Below are positions 1 to 8,446 of a DNA stretch of 64,000 bases, in pieces; positions within the stretch are counted from its first letter, which is position 1; every line of letters starts with the position of its first letter. A program made the translations under genes and the position numbers. The stretch covers positions 45,176-109,175 of the IMG/VR virus record IMGVR_UViG_3300021387_001585; one strand, written 5' to 3'. The notes under the pieces are model-generated. The model made no database searches. It was given only the letters and a program-made list of their open reading frames with translations, and was not told the origin of the DNA. Source of the stretch: a virus. Lineage: Duplodnaviria; Caudoviricetes.

Positions 1-641
1 GCTGCATCCCGTCGCACCTGGCTCTTGCTGTTGCTATAAGCCGGGTCATACACCTTAATGTCGCCGAAAGGAACATTCGTGGCCACAAGGTCGAACGTGC
101 CGAGGTCGCTGGCAGGGATAGTCTCGAAACCCTTCACACGAACATCCATATACTGCGAGAAAGCACCGCGCTGCAACAACAGACCTGTGAGTAAGTCCTT
201 CTCGTAGGCCACCGTATTCTGGTCGTTCTTGTACTTCGACCAGTCCATGCTGCACTTGGCAAACTCACCGTTGCCAGCTGCAGGGTCGAGCACCTTTGCG
301 TATTTCAGTCCGCCTTCCCAGATAGTCTGCATCAGGTAGGAAACAAGTACGTTAGGCGTATAGAAGGCCGTCAGCGTCGATGCCTTCAATGATTGCATCC
401 ATGCCTTGAACTCGCGCTCGTCCTTGCTGTTGTCGCGCAGCAGGTTATGAAGGCGCATCGTATCTACGAAGCAGTCCAAATCATTTGCTGCCCATGCCCC
501 GGTGTCGAGCGGATTGAGCACGAAGCCCAAGCCGCCGAAGCCTGTATATTTAGCCATCAGGCCCGTATAGTCCGCATTGCCTGAAAAGGCTTGTTTCAAT
601 GCTGCGATATTGTCGCGCAGCCTCTGTAATTTCGTTGCCAT
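1..641 (-). CDS. N6-adenine DNA methyltransferase, DarB-like methylase(-helicase) N-terminus; runs off the window edge
   Basis: Translated by hand from ATG at 641: MATKLQRLRDNIAALK...KYTGFGGLG...STLTAFYTP...VLDPAAGNG...FDLVATNVPFGD. Contains motif I (DPAAGNG) and motif IV (NVPF). Absent from the ORF track because it is truncated. Confidence 0.85.
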   Translation of the reverse strand, partial: MATKLQRLRDNIAALKQAFSGNADYTGLMAKYTGFGGLGFVLNPLDTGAWAANDLDCFVDTMRLHNLLRDNSKDEREFKAWMQSLKASTLTAFYTPNVLVSYLMQTIWEGGLKYAKVLDPAAGNGEFAKCSMDWSKYKNDQNTVAYEKDLLTGLLLQRGAFSQYMDVRVKGFETIPASDLGTFDLVATNVPFGDIKVYDPAYSNSKSQVRRDA

Positions 642-679
642 AACTCTTGTGATTTTTGATTGTTGATGATTGATGATTC

Positions 680-1159
680 TTATTTCAATTCCGCCTCCAT
701 GTTTTCCAGCAGGAATTGAGGCGTGAACACCTGCTGCATCTTAGTGAGGTTGGGTGTTAGCTTGAAGCACATATAGCCACGTTGTTTCAGGTAGTTCAGG
801 CAGTAGTCCTCATTCAAGGCCACACGCCCTGTCTCCTTTTCCTCCGTCACCGGTGCCTTCTTGGGCTTCGGCGACCTGCCGTTATAGAAATCGCGTTCAA
901 GACCCTCGAAACGAGAGAATGGTATCTGCTCCTTCGGTACCATGTAGTAAGTGCCGGAGGCCTTTCCGTGACGCAGGAGCAGTTCGTACTTCACGGCAAG
1001 CTGGAATACCTTGGGCGATTCAGAGGGCAGGCCGCACAGTTCTATCAGCGCATCGGCTTCCTTGCGGGACAGCCGCTTGCCTACATTCTTCCTCCGAAGT
1101 CCTTCATAGTCGCTGTAAACACCTTGGTTCACGTCGACGTCGTATCTTACGTATGCCAT
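680..1159 (-). CDS. hypothetical protein
   Basis: 159-aa ORF co-oriented with neighbours, with an AT-rich leader. Confidence 0.7.
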   Translation of the reverse strand: MAYVRYDVDVNQGVYSDYEGLRRKNVGKRLSRKEADALIELCGLPSESPKVFQLAVKYELLLRHGKASGTYYMVPKEQIPFSRFEGLERDFYNGRSPKPKKAPVTEEKETGRVALNEDYCLNYLKQRGYMCFKLTPNLTKMQQVFTPQFLLENMEAELK

Positions 1160-1204
1160 AACTGTTACTTTTGAGTATAATTATCAATTTTCAATTTTCA
1201 ATTA

Positions 1205-2179
1205 TCAAGCTGCCAGCCGTGCCAGCAGCACGGCCCGCAGTTTGTCGGCCATCGTAGGTTGGGCGGTAGCCTGTTCTGTCTGCTGCGAGATTATCGCAGC
1301 CTTGGCAGCGCGTGCCTTTGGCTTGGTTTCTTTTTGAGCAGACGCCACCTTCGGAGCATCCAGCCACTTCTCGAAAGTGAATACATCAATATCCCTTTTA
1401 TCAATTTTACAAACAGGAATATCGCTGCAAGGATCCAACAGCGGCATCAGCAAGACCAGCGTGTCGTCGCCATGGAACATCACGGCCTTTGAGTTGTCGT
1501 AGAAGCGCATCCCCGTAGGCTCGAAAGCCAGCACGTCACGCAACTTCTTGCAGTTGAACGACACAGACACCTTGTACGGCATGCTGCCCACCTCCACGTC
1601 CTTCTGCCACGTCTCATCGGTGACATCATCGTAGTAGTTCAGTGCAATAGTCTGAGACTTCTTCTCAGCATAGAGACGCATTGGGTAGGTGGGGTTGTCT
1701 TTTCCCATCTTCGTCAGCATCTCCTTCAGCACGGAATCCCACGCTTTTGCATTCACGTCAATGCTGCGTCCCGACGACCACGGCATAACCGCCCGCCAGT
1801 TGGGATAGCGGATCTCCTGCTTCACCTCGCCGCACACACCGTTCTCGTCGCTGGCTGAAACCACGGTGTCGGAGCCATCGGAAGTAATCTCCACCGTCAC
1901 CTGGCCTTTCATCTTCAGTACCTCCACGGGCAGCATATAGCAGCCGTTCATCACAAATACACCATCGCCCAGCTCGCAGCGGTAGTCCTTCGCTTTATGC
2001 GCAGCCAGGATATGACCGTCGGTAGCCAACAGCAGCCCCGTTTCCACCTCGATGGCGGGCATCTGAGCAAACTGTCTTTTGTCGCGCTTGTCCAGACATC
2101 TTTTCAGGTTCTGTACCATCTTGTCGGCCACGAATGTTATTCGTGACAACACTTTGCTTTTAGTTTCTTTCTTTGCCAT
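1205..2179 (-). CDS. DNA polymerase III beta-clamp-like protein (partial DnaN homologue)
   Basis: LLATDGHILA, YPNWRAVMP, FNCKKLRDVL and LLMPL resemble the DnaN domain II/III motifs VATDGHRLA, YPDY.RVIP, FN..YL.D and LIMP. Confidence 0.65.
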   Translation of the reverse strand: MAKKETKSKVLSRITFVADKMVQNLKRCLDKRDKRQFAQMPAIEVETGLLLATDGHILAAHKAKDYRCELGDGVFVMNGCYMLPVEVLKMKGQVTVEITSDGSDTVVSASDENGVCGEVKQEIRYPNWRAVMPWSSGRSIDVNAKAWDSVLKEMLTKMGKDNPTYPMRLYAEKKSQTIALNYYDDVTDETWQKDVEVGSMPYKVSVSFNCKKLRDVLAFEPTGMRFYDNSKAVMFHGDDTLVLLMPLLDPCSDIPVCKIDKRDIDVFTFEKWLDAPKVASAQKETKPKARAAKAAIISQQTEQATAQPTMADKLRAVLLARLAA

Positions 2180-2210
2180 AGTCGTATTATTTTAGTTTCA
2201 AGTTTCACGT

Positions 2211-2246
2211 AAAAAAGGCTACCGCGTCATCACGACGCAGCAGCCG
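2211..2246 (-). terminator. intrinsic terminator of the leftward transcript
   Basis: Minus strand reads ggctgctgcgtc-gtgat-gacgcggtagcc-TTTTTT. Confidence 0.7.
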
Positions 2247-2335
2247 CAGACTCAAAAATTCACAAGTTATGATTCTTGTTTGTGCTCCGCATCCTTTCAG
2301 CAGGTAGGCTCTCAGGCCGTGCGGAGCTCGTAGGG

Positions 2336-2731
2336 TCAGTCTTCTATTTCAAAATAGAAACTCACTGTCAGGACACCAAGCACCTGCTTGGTCTCTACCA
2401 CCAAGCCGGGATTATCCTCACACTGCAACGCTTTGAACACTTGCTCATAGTGGTCGAACACTTCACGTCGCACATCGTCGATATCCTCCGTAGGCTGGAA
2501 GCCGATAACCTGAATGTCGATGGTGTGCTCACCCCAACACCATTTTACGTCTATCAGAGCGTCATAGTTCTCCGTCTTCACCTGTCCAATCATGTGTCGG
2601 CGCTTGCTGCCTGTCCTATGGTCGGGCGCCCAATAGAAGTTCTGAAACTCATTGTCCTCGAACGCATCTTCCATCAGGTTCTTGTTGTCAATCGGTGCAT
2701 AGATTTTCTCCATAGTCGTAATCTTTTTCAA
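2336..2731 (-). CDS. hypothetical protein
   Basis: 131-aa acidic ORF; 4-bp overlap with the upstream ORF. Confidence 0.7.
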   Translation of the reverse strand: MKKITTMEKIYAPIDNKNLMEDAFEDNEFQNFYWAPDHRTGSKRRHMIGQVKTENYDALIDVKWCWGEHTIDIQVIGFQPTEDIDDVRREVFDHYEQVFKALQCEDNPGLVVETKQVLGVLTVSFYFEIED

Positions 2732-3105
2732 ATTTCAAAGCAATAGTGACCGCATGGTGTTTCTTCTGTCACCTCGCTATAGTGTAGCATATAGTCGGCG
2801 GGGTGTCCGTTGTAGAACTCGTTGATACACTCCACCACATCGTCATCGTTCATGTCCTCAATATACTGTTTAGCCTCACTAATTAGCCTTTCAGTATAAC
2901 CGTCCTCCTTGGTCACATTCTTTACGAACTCCGTTATTGGGATAAACACGAAACACGGCTCCAACAGGCGCCATGCACCCTCGCCGTTGTCCTCGCTCTG
3001 ATACAGATAGCCGTCCAGATGCACCTCTTTTCCTCCCCTGCCGTCGTTCATAACCGTAAAGAACTCCAGTTCCATAGGTTCCGTAACTCCATTAAATTTC
3101 TCCAT
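2728..3105 (-). CDS. hypothetical protein
   Basis: 125-aa acidic ORF directly downstream of the RNA array; GACTATG start context. Confidence 0.7.
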   Translation of the reverse strand: MEKFNGVTEPMELEFFTVMNDGRGGKEVHLDGYLYQSEDNGEGAWRLLEPCFVFIPITEFVKNVTKEDGYTERLISEAKQYIEDMNDDDVVECINEFYNGHPADYMLHYSEVTEETPCGHYCFEI

Positions 3106-3141
3106 AGTCGTTACTCGTTTAAAATTTTCTTTTCCAGACTG

Positions 3142-4037
3142 CCTCGCGGTGTGGCATAGTACTTTATGGGTTCGATATGAAGAGTGTTGACAGCTTCAGA
3201 CAAGAGGCCGCCATCTTATTGATGGCCGCCTTGTCAGTCTGAGCTGGTCAATGTACTCTTAAATTAAATCCTCCGCTCTGCAGTCTCACATAGGCGGTAT
3301 GCGCCGCCATACTCCCCTCTCCTTCGGGGAGGGGAAGGGGGTGGGGCCTGCTCATCATCCATAGCGCATCGCTTTACGTTGCCGATAAGTTCCGGTGTAA
3401 CTTACCTGGATGATACTGGGAATCGCCCAGTTAAATCCAGGTAAAATTGTGAACCGGAATTTTAAAACCGTTGGATGCCTTGCAGACCGTCGGGGTGCGC
3501 TCCCCTACCCTGCTCACGAACTCGGCACATCTGCTTTACTTGCTCGATATAATAACAGTGCTATACGAAGGTTCCGATGACCGGCGTCGTATAACAGTAG
3601 GGATACGACGCCGGTCATCGAACCCTTCTGTATCACTGTTTATTAAATGTGTGTCCGTCTTGCAGGATTGTCCCTGTGCTGGGATAGAATAGTCCTTACC
3701 TTGCGTCATGGCATAGTTCTATAATCTTGCGATGGAAAGAGATCCGACGTAATTTACGGGTCCCTGAGACGTAGGGTCAGGGCCCCGCAAATGTTCAGTC
3801 GGATCTCTCTGAAAGATGACGCCCTGTAAGAACACGGCTGTATGCGCAGCCCATATCATCCTCGCTCTCCGTGCCCGGTGCGTGGCTATATAGTGCCGAT
3901 GTGCCAGCTCAGGATGACCTGTCAGGTCATCTCGTCGGTCCACATACCATAGGGATGTCGGACCACGAGATGAACTCACAGGTTTAACCTGAGCTGCTAA
4001 AACGTTGCACGTCTTGCTTGGATAGGTCGCACGCCTT
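3142..4037 (-). ncRNA. RT-associated structured RNA array, block 1 (5 units: 3142-3308, 3353-3505, 3513-3686, 3699-3851, 3866-4037)
   Basis: Each unit on + strand: stem arm, GCA(T/C)A-type motif, CTNTA-N7-GAT, unique 70-95-nt imperfect hairpin, T(A/G)AA, complementary stem arm, short terminal hairpin. Pairings covary between units. Confidence 0.8.
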
Positions 4038-4050
4038 TTCTTGGGTGGGT

Positions 4051-5130
4051 TTACTTACGCTTCTTGGCTGCTGCCCACTCCTTCATCTTAGCCTCGATGT
4101 CGATGCCGTTCTCGTCGAGCATCTGCTTCATAAGACCGAACAGGCGCCAGCCCTCACCGTCAGCATAGGCATTGGCAGCGTTCTCCAGCATCTGCAGCCC
4201 CGTCAGTCGGCGGTTATAGAAGTCGTTGTCCTTTGGGAACTGGCAGCCATGGAAGCGCAGCAGGTTCTGCATCGTGGCATACGCACCCATTCCCTTGTAG
4301 GCATCCTTCCATGCAGCACACTGGTCGTAGCAGCCACTTCCGCAAGGAGTGGCCTGCCAGAACTCACGCACAGCCTTGTAGAGATGTTGCGGAGTCTTGG
4401 TGACGTTGATGCCAAACATCAGGTGGCGAAGCGGACTTATCAGTTTCTTCTCAATGTCAGAGACGAAATAGTGCTTGTGGTCGATGGTTACGTAGGGCAC
4501 ACCCTTGCACTTGTGGCGCGGACGGTTCTGTACATCCTTCTCCAACTTCGTGATATAGTCCGCAGACATCGTCACGGCCAGCTCGCGGTTGAACCAGCGG
4601 TTACGCGCCGCAAAGTTCTCCATGTCCTTGCCATAGAGCTTCGCCTGCACTCGCAGCTCCTCCACCAGCATCTCCCACTGATACTTGTAGCCGTGGTTCT
4701 TTACCCACTCCGTGAATCCCCAACGGGAAGAAAGACCGTGGAAAACCTGCGACATCACCCATCTGCGGAACAGCGAGCGGTTGGGCACCGTGCCCTGCTT
4801 CACGATGGCCGCCATGATGGTGTCATCAGCAGTTACGGCCACGGGAACACCCTCGTCCGACATCTTCATCAACTGCTCACCACCCGTGGGGAGCTGGATG
4901 GAGAAGTACTTGCTCGTGTCGATACCGGAGGCGCGGAGCGCGTCGCCCCTCTTCGAGACGGGCAGGAATACCTCGCCCAGCCCTGAGTCCTTGCCGATAG
5001 CAATGCCGTTCTTCACCTTGTGCTCATGTTCGCCAATAGCGAACTCCGTACCGCATACGGGGCACATCACCTTTGTTTCGTTGTTCTCACTCATGTTCTT
5101 GTTCACGTTTGAATTGTTCTTTGTTGCCAT
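4051..5130 (-). CDS. hypothetical protein embedded in the RNA array (N-terminal CPxCG knuckle); candidate RT partner
   Basis: 359-aa ORF with good start context lying between the two 5-unit blocks. Confidence 0.8.
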   Translation of the reverse strand: MATKNNSNVNKNMSENNETKVMCPVCGTEFAIGEHEHKVKNGIAIGKDSGLGEVFLPVSKRGDALRASGIDTSKYFSIQLPTGGEQLMKMSDEGVPVAVTADDTIMAAIVKQGTVPNRSLFRRWVMSQVFHGLSSRWGFTEWVKNHGYKYQWEMLVEELRVQAKLYGKDMENFAARNRWFNRELAVTMSADYITKLEKDVQNRPRHKCKGVPYVTIDHKHYFVSDIEKKLISPLRHLMFGINVTKTPQHLYKAVREFWQATPCGSGCYDQCAAWKDAYKGMGAYATMQNLLRFHGCQFPKDNDFYNRRLTGLQMLENAANAYADGEGWRLFGLMKQMLDENGIDIEAKMKEWAAAKKRK

Positions 5131-5180
5131 AACTAAAAAATGATTTTAAGTTTAATAATTTTGTTCACTGTTTCGCTCGT

Positions 5181-6057
5181 CTTACGGATTGGCATAGTGC
5201 TTTAATTCGCTGATAAGAGGCGGTTCGTTGGTCTTCTGCAGAGAGTCTGCAGACGTGCTGATAAGACGTCTGCACGACTCACGGAAGAAGACTTAACGCC
5301 GCTACTTTGAATCGTTCCGTCCTGCGAGCATTAGGCAGTATGCGCTGCCATTTTCGTCAGCTATCCTCGCGGTGTGGCATATCGCTTTAGTTGTTTGATG
5401 AGTTCCCGCGTTAGAAGCACCGCCACAGGTGGCAGCTGTGCGCTAGCACAGAAGCCCATGTGTGGGGGCTTATTGAAAACGCGGGAATCTGAAACCGTTC
5501 CGCTCTGATAGCCGTTGGCAGTATGCGCTGCCATTATTATCGCCTTGCGGCATGGCACATCGCTGTATTGCGTTGATGATAAGTACTGGTTTACCAGAAT
5601 TGGCATCTGTTCCAGCTCGAAATTCTCGAGCTGGAACAGATGTGCAACTCTGGTTAAAAAACCGGCACCTAAAGGTGTACCGCCCTACGATAAATTCAGG
5701 TTGTGCGACCTGATGTTTCTCTGCTCCTTGCGACTCGGCACATCGACTGTAACTCGTCGATATTACCAGCGTGTGCCAGAACGAGGCGCCAGGACGCCGT
5801 CGGGTGGCAACCGGAACGGCGTCCAGGCGCCTGCTCTGGTTAAGCACGCTGGATATTAAATCATGCCGCCCTGAACAGCCAGGCTGTGTGCGCAGCCTTG
5901 TTATCCACCCTTGCGGTGTGGCATAGTTCTTTATGGGTTTGATTTAACGTCCCGAACGGGATTCTTACATCTCTTGTGCTGAGCACATCTCTTGTAAGAA
6001 TCATCTTTCGGGCAGCGATGAATAAACCGCCCTGGTGGATGTCCGGTATGCGCCGGA
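5181..6057 (-). ncRNA. RT-associated structured RNA array, block 2 (5 units: 5181-5349, 5365-5533, 5543-5713, 5726-5898, 5909-6057)
   Basis: Same architecture as block 1. Example unit 5543: ccttgcggcatggcacat-cg-CTGTA-ttgcgtt-GAT ... gcatctgttccagctcga/tcgagctggaacagatg hairpin ... taccgcccta ... caggttgtgcgacctg. Confidence 0.85.
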
Positions 6058-6064
6058 GTTATGA

Positions 6065-6262
6065 TTAACTAATCAATGCCATGCCGTATGGCTTTGCATA
6101 GATTACATAGAAGGCCGTCGGCGCATCGACACCGAGTAACATGAAGCCATCCTTATCAAAGTAGAGCTCTCGTGCTTCCTCAAAAGTTTCGACATTGTCG
6201 ACATGTAACTTATGGTCTTCGCTCTCGCTGAACACCTGATAAACAGCGTAATTAGTTTCCAT
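6065..6262 (-). CDS. small hypothetical protein downstream of RT
   Basis: 65-aa ORF starting 4 nt after the RT stop. Confidence 0.65.
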   Translation of the reverse strand: METNYAVYQVFSESEDHKLHVDNVETFEEARELYFDKDGFMLLGVDAPTAFYVIYAKPYGMALIS

Positions 6263-6266
6263 TTTT

Positions 6267-7859
6267 CTATTCTTTATTAGTCCAACTTCTCAGCACCACC
6301 AAGTCGGGGTCGTTCTCGCTCTGCCAGAACCAGCCCGCACCCTCGGGCATCTGGAAGCCCTGCAAGGCTTTCTCCAACTCCCGCTCGGCCTGCTCACGAG
6401 GTACGCCATAGAGCATATCCTCGTTGCTCAGTTCGCTCTCCGGCAGCGCATAGAAGCGCGGTGTGCGGCTCATCGTCCGCTCCGAGGGGATAGAGTGCTT
6501 ATAGATAGCATAGAGCGTTTCGAGCGTTTCTACATCAACGGCGGCAGCAGGTTGTTCACTCTTCACTTTTCGCTTTTCACATCCGTTCAACGAGCGGACC
6601 AGCGACTCATACGCCGCCTTGCTCGTGCGGATAGCATTTTGCATACAACCCAGCGACAGATAGCCGCTGATGTCGTCGCCCGTCTTACGGCGGTTTGCCG
6701 ACACGTTGCGACCCTTGCCACGGACGATGCAGCCCTCACGGCCCTGCTTGTCATAGCCCAGGCCGCCCAGCTTCGTCTTACCCGTATGCACGGCACGCAG
6801 ACAATCCATCACGAACACGTTCAGCGTGTCGATGTCCTTACGCACATTCACGATAGGCAACACTTGCGTTGCCCACGAGTGCCCCTGCCCGTCGCCACGG
6901 TAGAGATAGCGATTCACACGGTTAAGCGCCGTCCTGTATGTCGTCGTACCACGACGACGCACCGTCCTCGCCTCAATCTCCCGCTGAAAGCTCTTGATGC
7001 GAGTAGAGCTCAGGCTGATGCTCTTCCCCTTGATAGAGAAGCCCAGGAACTTAAACCAGTGGTCGGCATCCAGCCACTCCACCTTCTTCGGGTTCAGCTT
7101 CATGTCCATAGCGGCCAGTTCCTCCGTGAGTATCTGCATAGCCTTTTCAGCATCCGGCCCGATGAACAGCATATCGTCCGAGTAGCGGACGTAATAGCCA
7201 TTCAACTGCGCCAGACGCTCGTCTATGTGATAGAGAATGACGTCGGCCAGCCACGAGGCCACCGAACAGCCCTGCTTCAGCGACTGGTACTTGCTTTCCA
7301 GCTCGCCTTCCGGCGTGAAGTACAGGTCAGCATGATAGTACTTCCTGAGCACATCCAAAAGGGCACTCTTGCCGTGCCGTTCTTCCACCATGTCGAATGC
7401 CTGGTCGATATAGCGCAGAGGCACCGAATCGAAATACTTGCTCAGGTCGGATTTCCACCCAAGCCGTCCTGTGTGTTGCGACGTCGCAACGATAGCCGCA
7501 GAAACTTCCTGCACCACCCTGCCACAGCCCACACCCTTCAGGTACGACTTGCAACGCGGATGCACCCTGTCAGCCATCAGTTCAAAGAGCAGGTCGTTGG
7601 CAATAGATAACAACACACGGTCAGCCGCCTCGTTCACATACACCGTGCGGAACTCGCCCGGCGTATCTTTCGGAATAAGCGCCGTATGTGGCGGTGCAAT
7701 CTCGTACTGCCCGTCACGGATAGCCTTACACATCCGCAGCCGCATTTCCGGCTTGCATAACTGGAAGAGCACGTTCTTCGGAACGTCCTTACCCACGCCC
7801 TTGGCGATGGCGTATTCCCACCGCCCACCGTCGAAGAACATTTCTAAAATTTTATCCAT
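6267..7859 (-). CDS. RNA-dependent DNA polymerase (reverse transcriptase), unclassified phage type
   Basis: RT motifs: IPKDTPGEFRTV, KSDLSKYFDSV (motif A), LKQGCSVASWLADVIL (motif B), YVRYSDD (catalytic), LNPKKV, FKFLGFSI. Confidence 0.95.
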   Translation of the reverse strand: MDKILEMFFDGGRWEYAIAKGVGKDVPKNVLFQLCKPEMRLRMCKAIRDGQYEIAPPHTALIPKDTPGEFRTVYVNEAADRVLLSIANDLLFELMADRVHPRCKSYLKGVGCGRVVQEVSAAIVATSQHTGRLGWKSDLSKYFDSVPLRYIDQAFDMVEERHGKSALLDVLRKYYHADLYFTPEGELESKYQSLKQGCSVASWLADVILYHIDERLAQLNGYYVRYSDDMLFIGPDAEKAMQILTEELAAMDMKLNPKKVEWLDADHWFKFLGFSIKGKSISLSSTRIKSFQREIEARTVRRRGTTTYRTALNRVNRYLYRGDGQGHSWATQVLPIVNVRKDIDTLNVFVMDCLRAVHTGKTKLGGLGYDKQGREGCIVRGKGRNVSANRRKTGDDISGYLSLGCMQNAIRTSKAAYESLVRSLNGCEKRKVKSEQPAAAVDVETLETLYAIYKHSIPSERTMSRTPRFYALPESELSNEDMLYGVPREQAERELEKALQGFQMPEGAGWFWQSENDPDLVVLRSWTNKE

Positions 7860-7873
7860 AGTTTCGTTTTAAT

Positions 7874-8251
7874 TTATAGTTTCAATTCACACTCATTAAT
7901 TTCACCGATAGTGCGGTTGGCATAACTATCCTCGAAGCGAAAGTCGTCTTTGCTTTTCGTGCTTACCTCCTTGTCATACTCATTCTCGGAATTCAGCGTC
8001 TGCCATTCATCGTCCAGGCACTTGCGAGCTTCCTCCTCGGTAGCGAATACATTCACCGACACGCCAGGTGGGCCATATTTAAAGTCATTCAGGAACGTAA
8101 CGACATAGACCTTCTTCCGCTCTTCCGCCGACTTTACGGCGGCAATAGTTTTTAACGAGTTTGCGATGTCACTCAGCAGGCTTGGCACCCGCTCCATGAA
8201 TCTCTGTTCTAATACTGTCATAGCCGTTGGTTTTTGTTTTTTATTATTCAT
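7874..8251 (-). CDS. hypothetical protein upstream of RT
   Basis: Probably starts at MNNKKQK, overlapping the stop of the preceding small ORF. Confidence 0.65.
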   Translation of the reverse strand: MNNKKQKPTAMTVLEQRFMERVPSLLSDIANSLKTIAAVKSAEERKKVYVVTFLNDFKYGPPGVSVNVFATEEEARKCLDDEWQTLNSENEYDKEVSTKSKDDFRFEDSYANRTIGEINECELKL

Positions 8252-8378
8252 ACTTGGCATATTCCAGCCCCTTTTTCTTTTTCAATAGCGTTCCCTGAAA
8301 GCGCATTGCGCTAATAAAGTCTGGGAAACTCTTTCGTTGTTCTGCCTTGCCGGCATACTTCCATACCACTGTTGTCAT
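8244..8378 (-). CDS. small hypothetical protein (44 aa)
   Basis: MTTVVWKYAGKAEQRKSF...KYE*; GACTATG start; coupled to the next ORF. Confidence 0.5.
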   Translation of the reverse strand: MTTVVWKYAGKAEQRKSFPDFISAMRFQGTLLKKKKGLEYAKYE

Positions 8379-8446
8379 AGTCTTATTTGTTTAATTCGTT
8401 GTTCTGAAAAGCCCCTCCCTGCAGGGGAGGGGTTGGGGTGGGGCTT

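Noticed and set aside
3471-5859. Track ORFs 3471-3692, 3719-3979, 5361-5606, 5470-5847 and 5515-5859
   Set aside because: They are chance frames across structured RNA units, with poor start contexts.
3142-6057. CRISPR array interpretation of the repeats
   Set aside because: There are no identical direct repeats, the period is ~170 nt, the variable parts are self-complementary hairpins, and no cas genes are present.
6495-7610. 371-aa plus-strand ORF, and similar long antisense ORFs (4018, 9124, 10455, 53742, 56016, 59749)
   Set aside because: Shadow frames opposite genes with recognisable motifs, expected from GC3-rich codon usage.
6267-7859. DGR or group II intron RT
   Set aside because: I saw no TR/VR pair differing at adenines, no avd-like gene, no intron domain V/VI or interrupted host gene, and no endonuclease domain. 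A target outside the window cannot be fully excluded.
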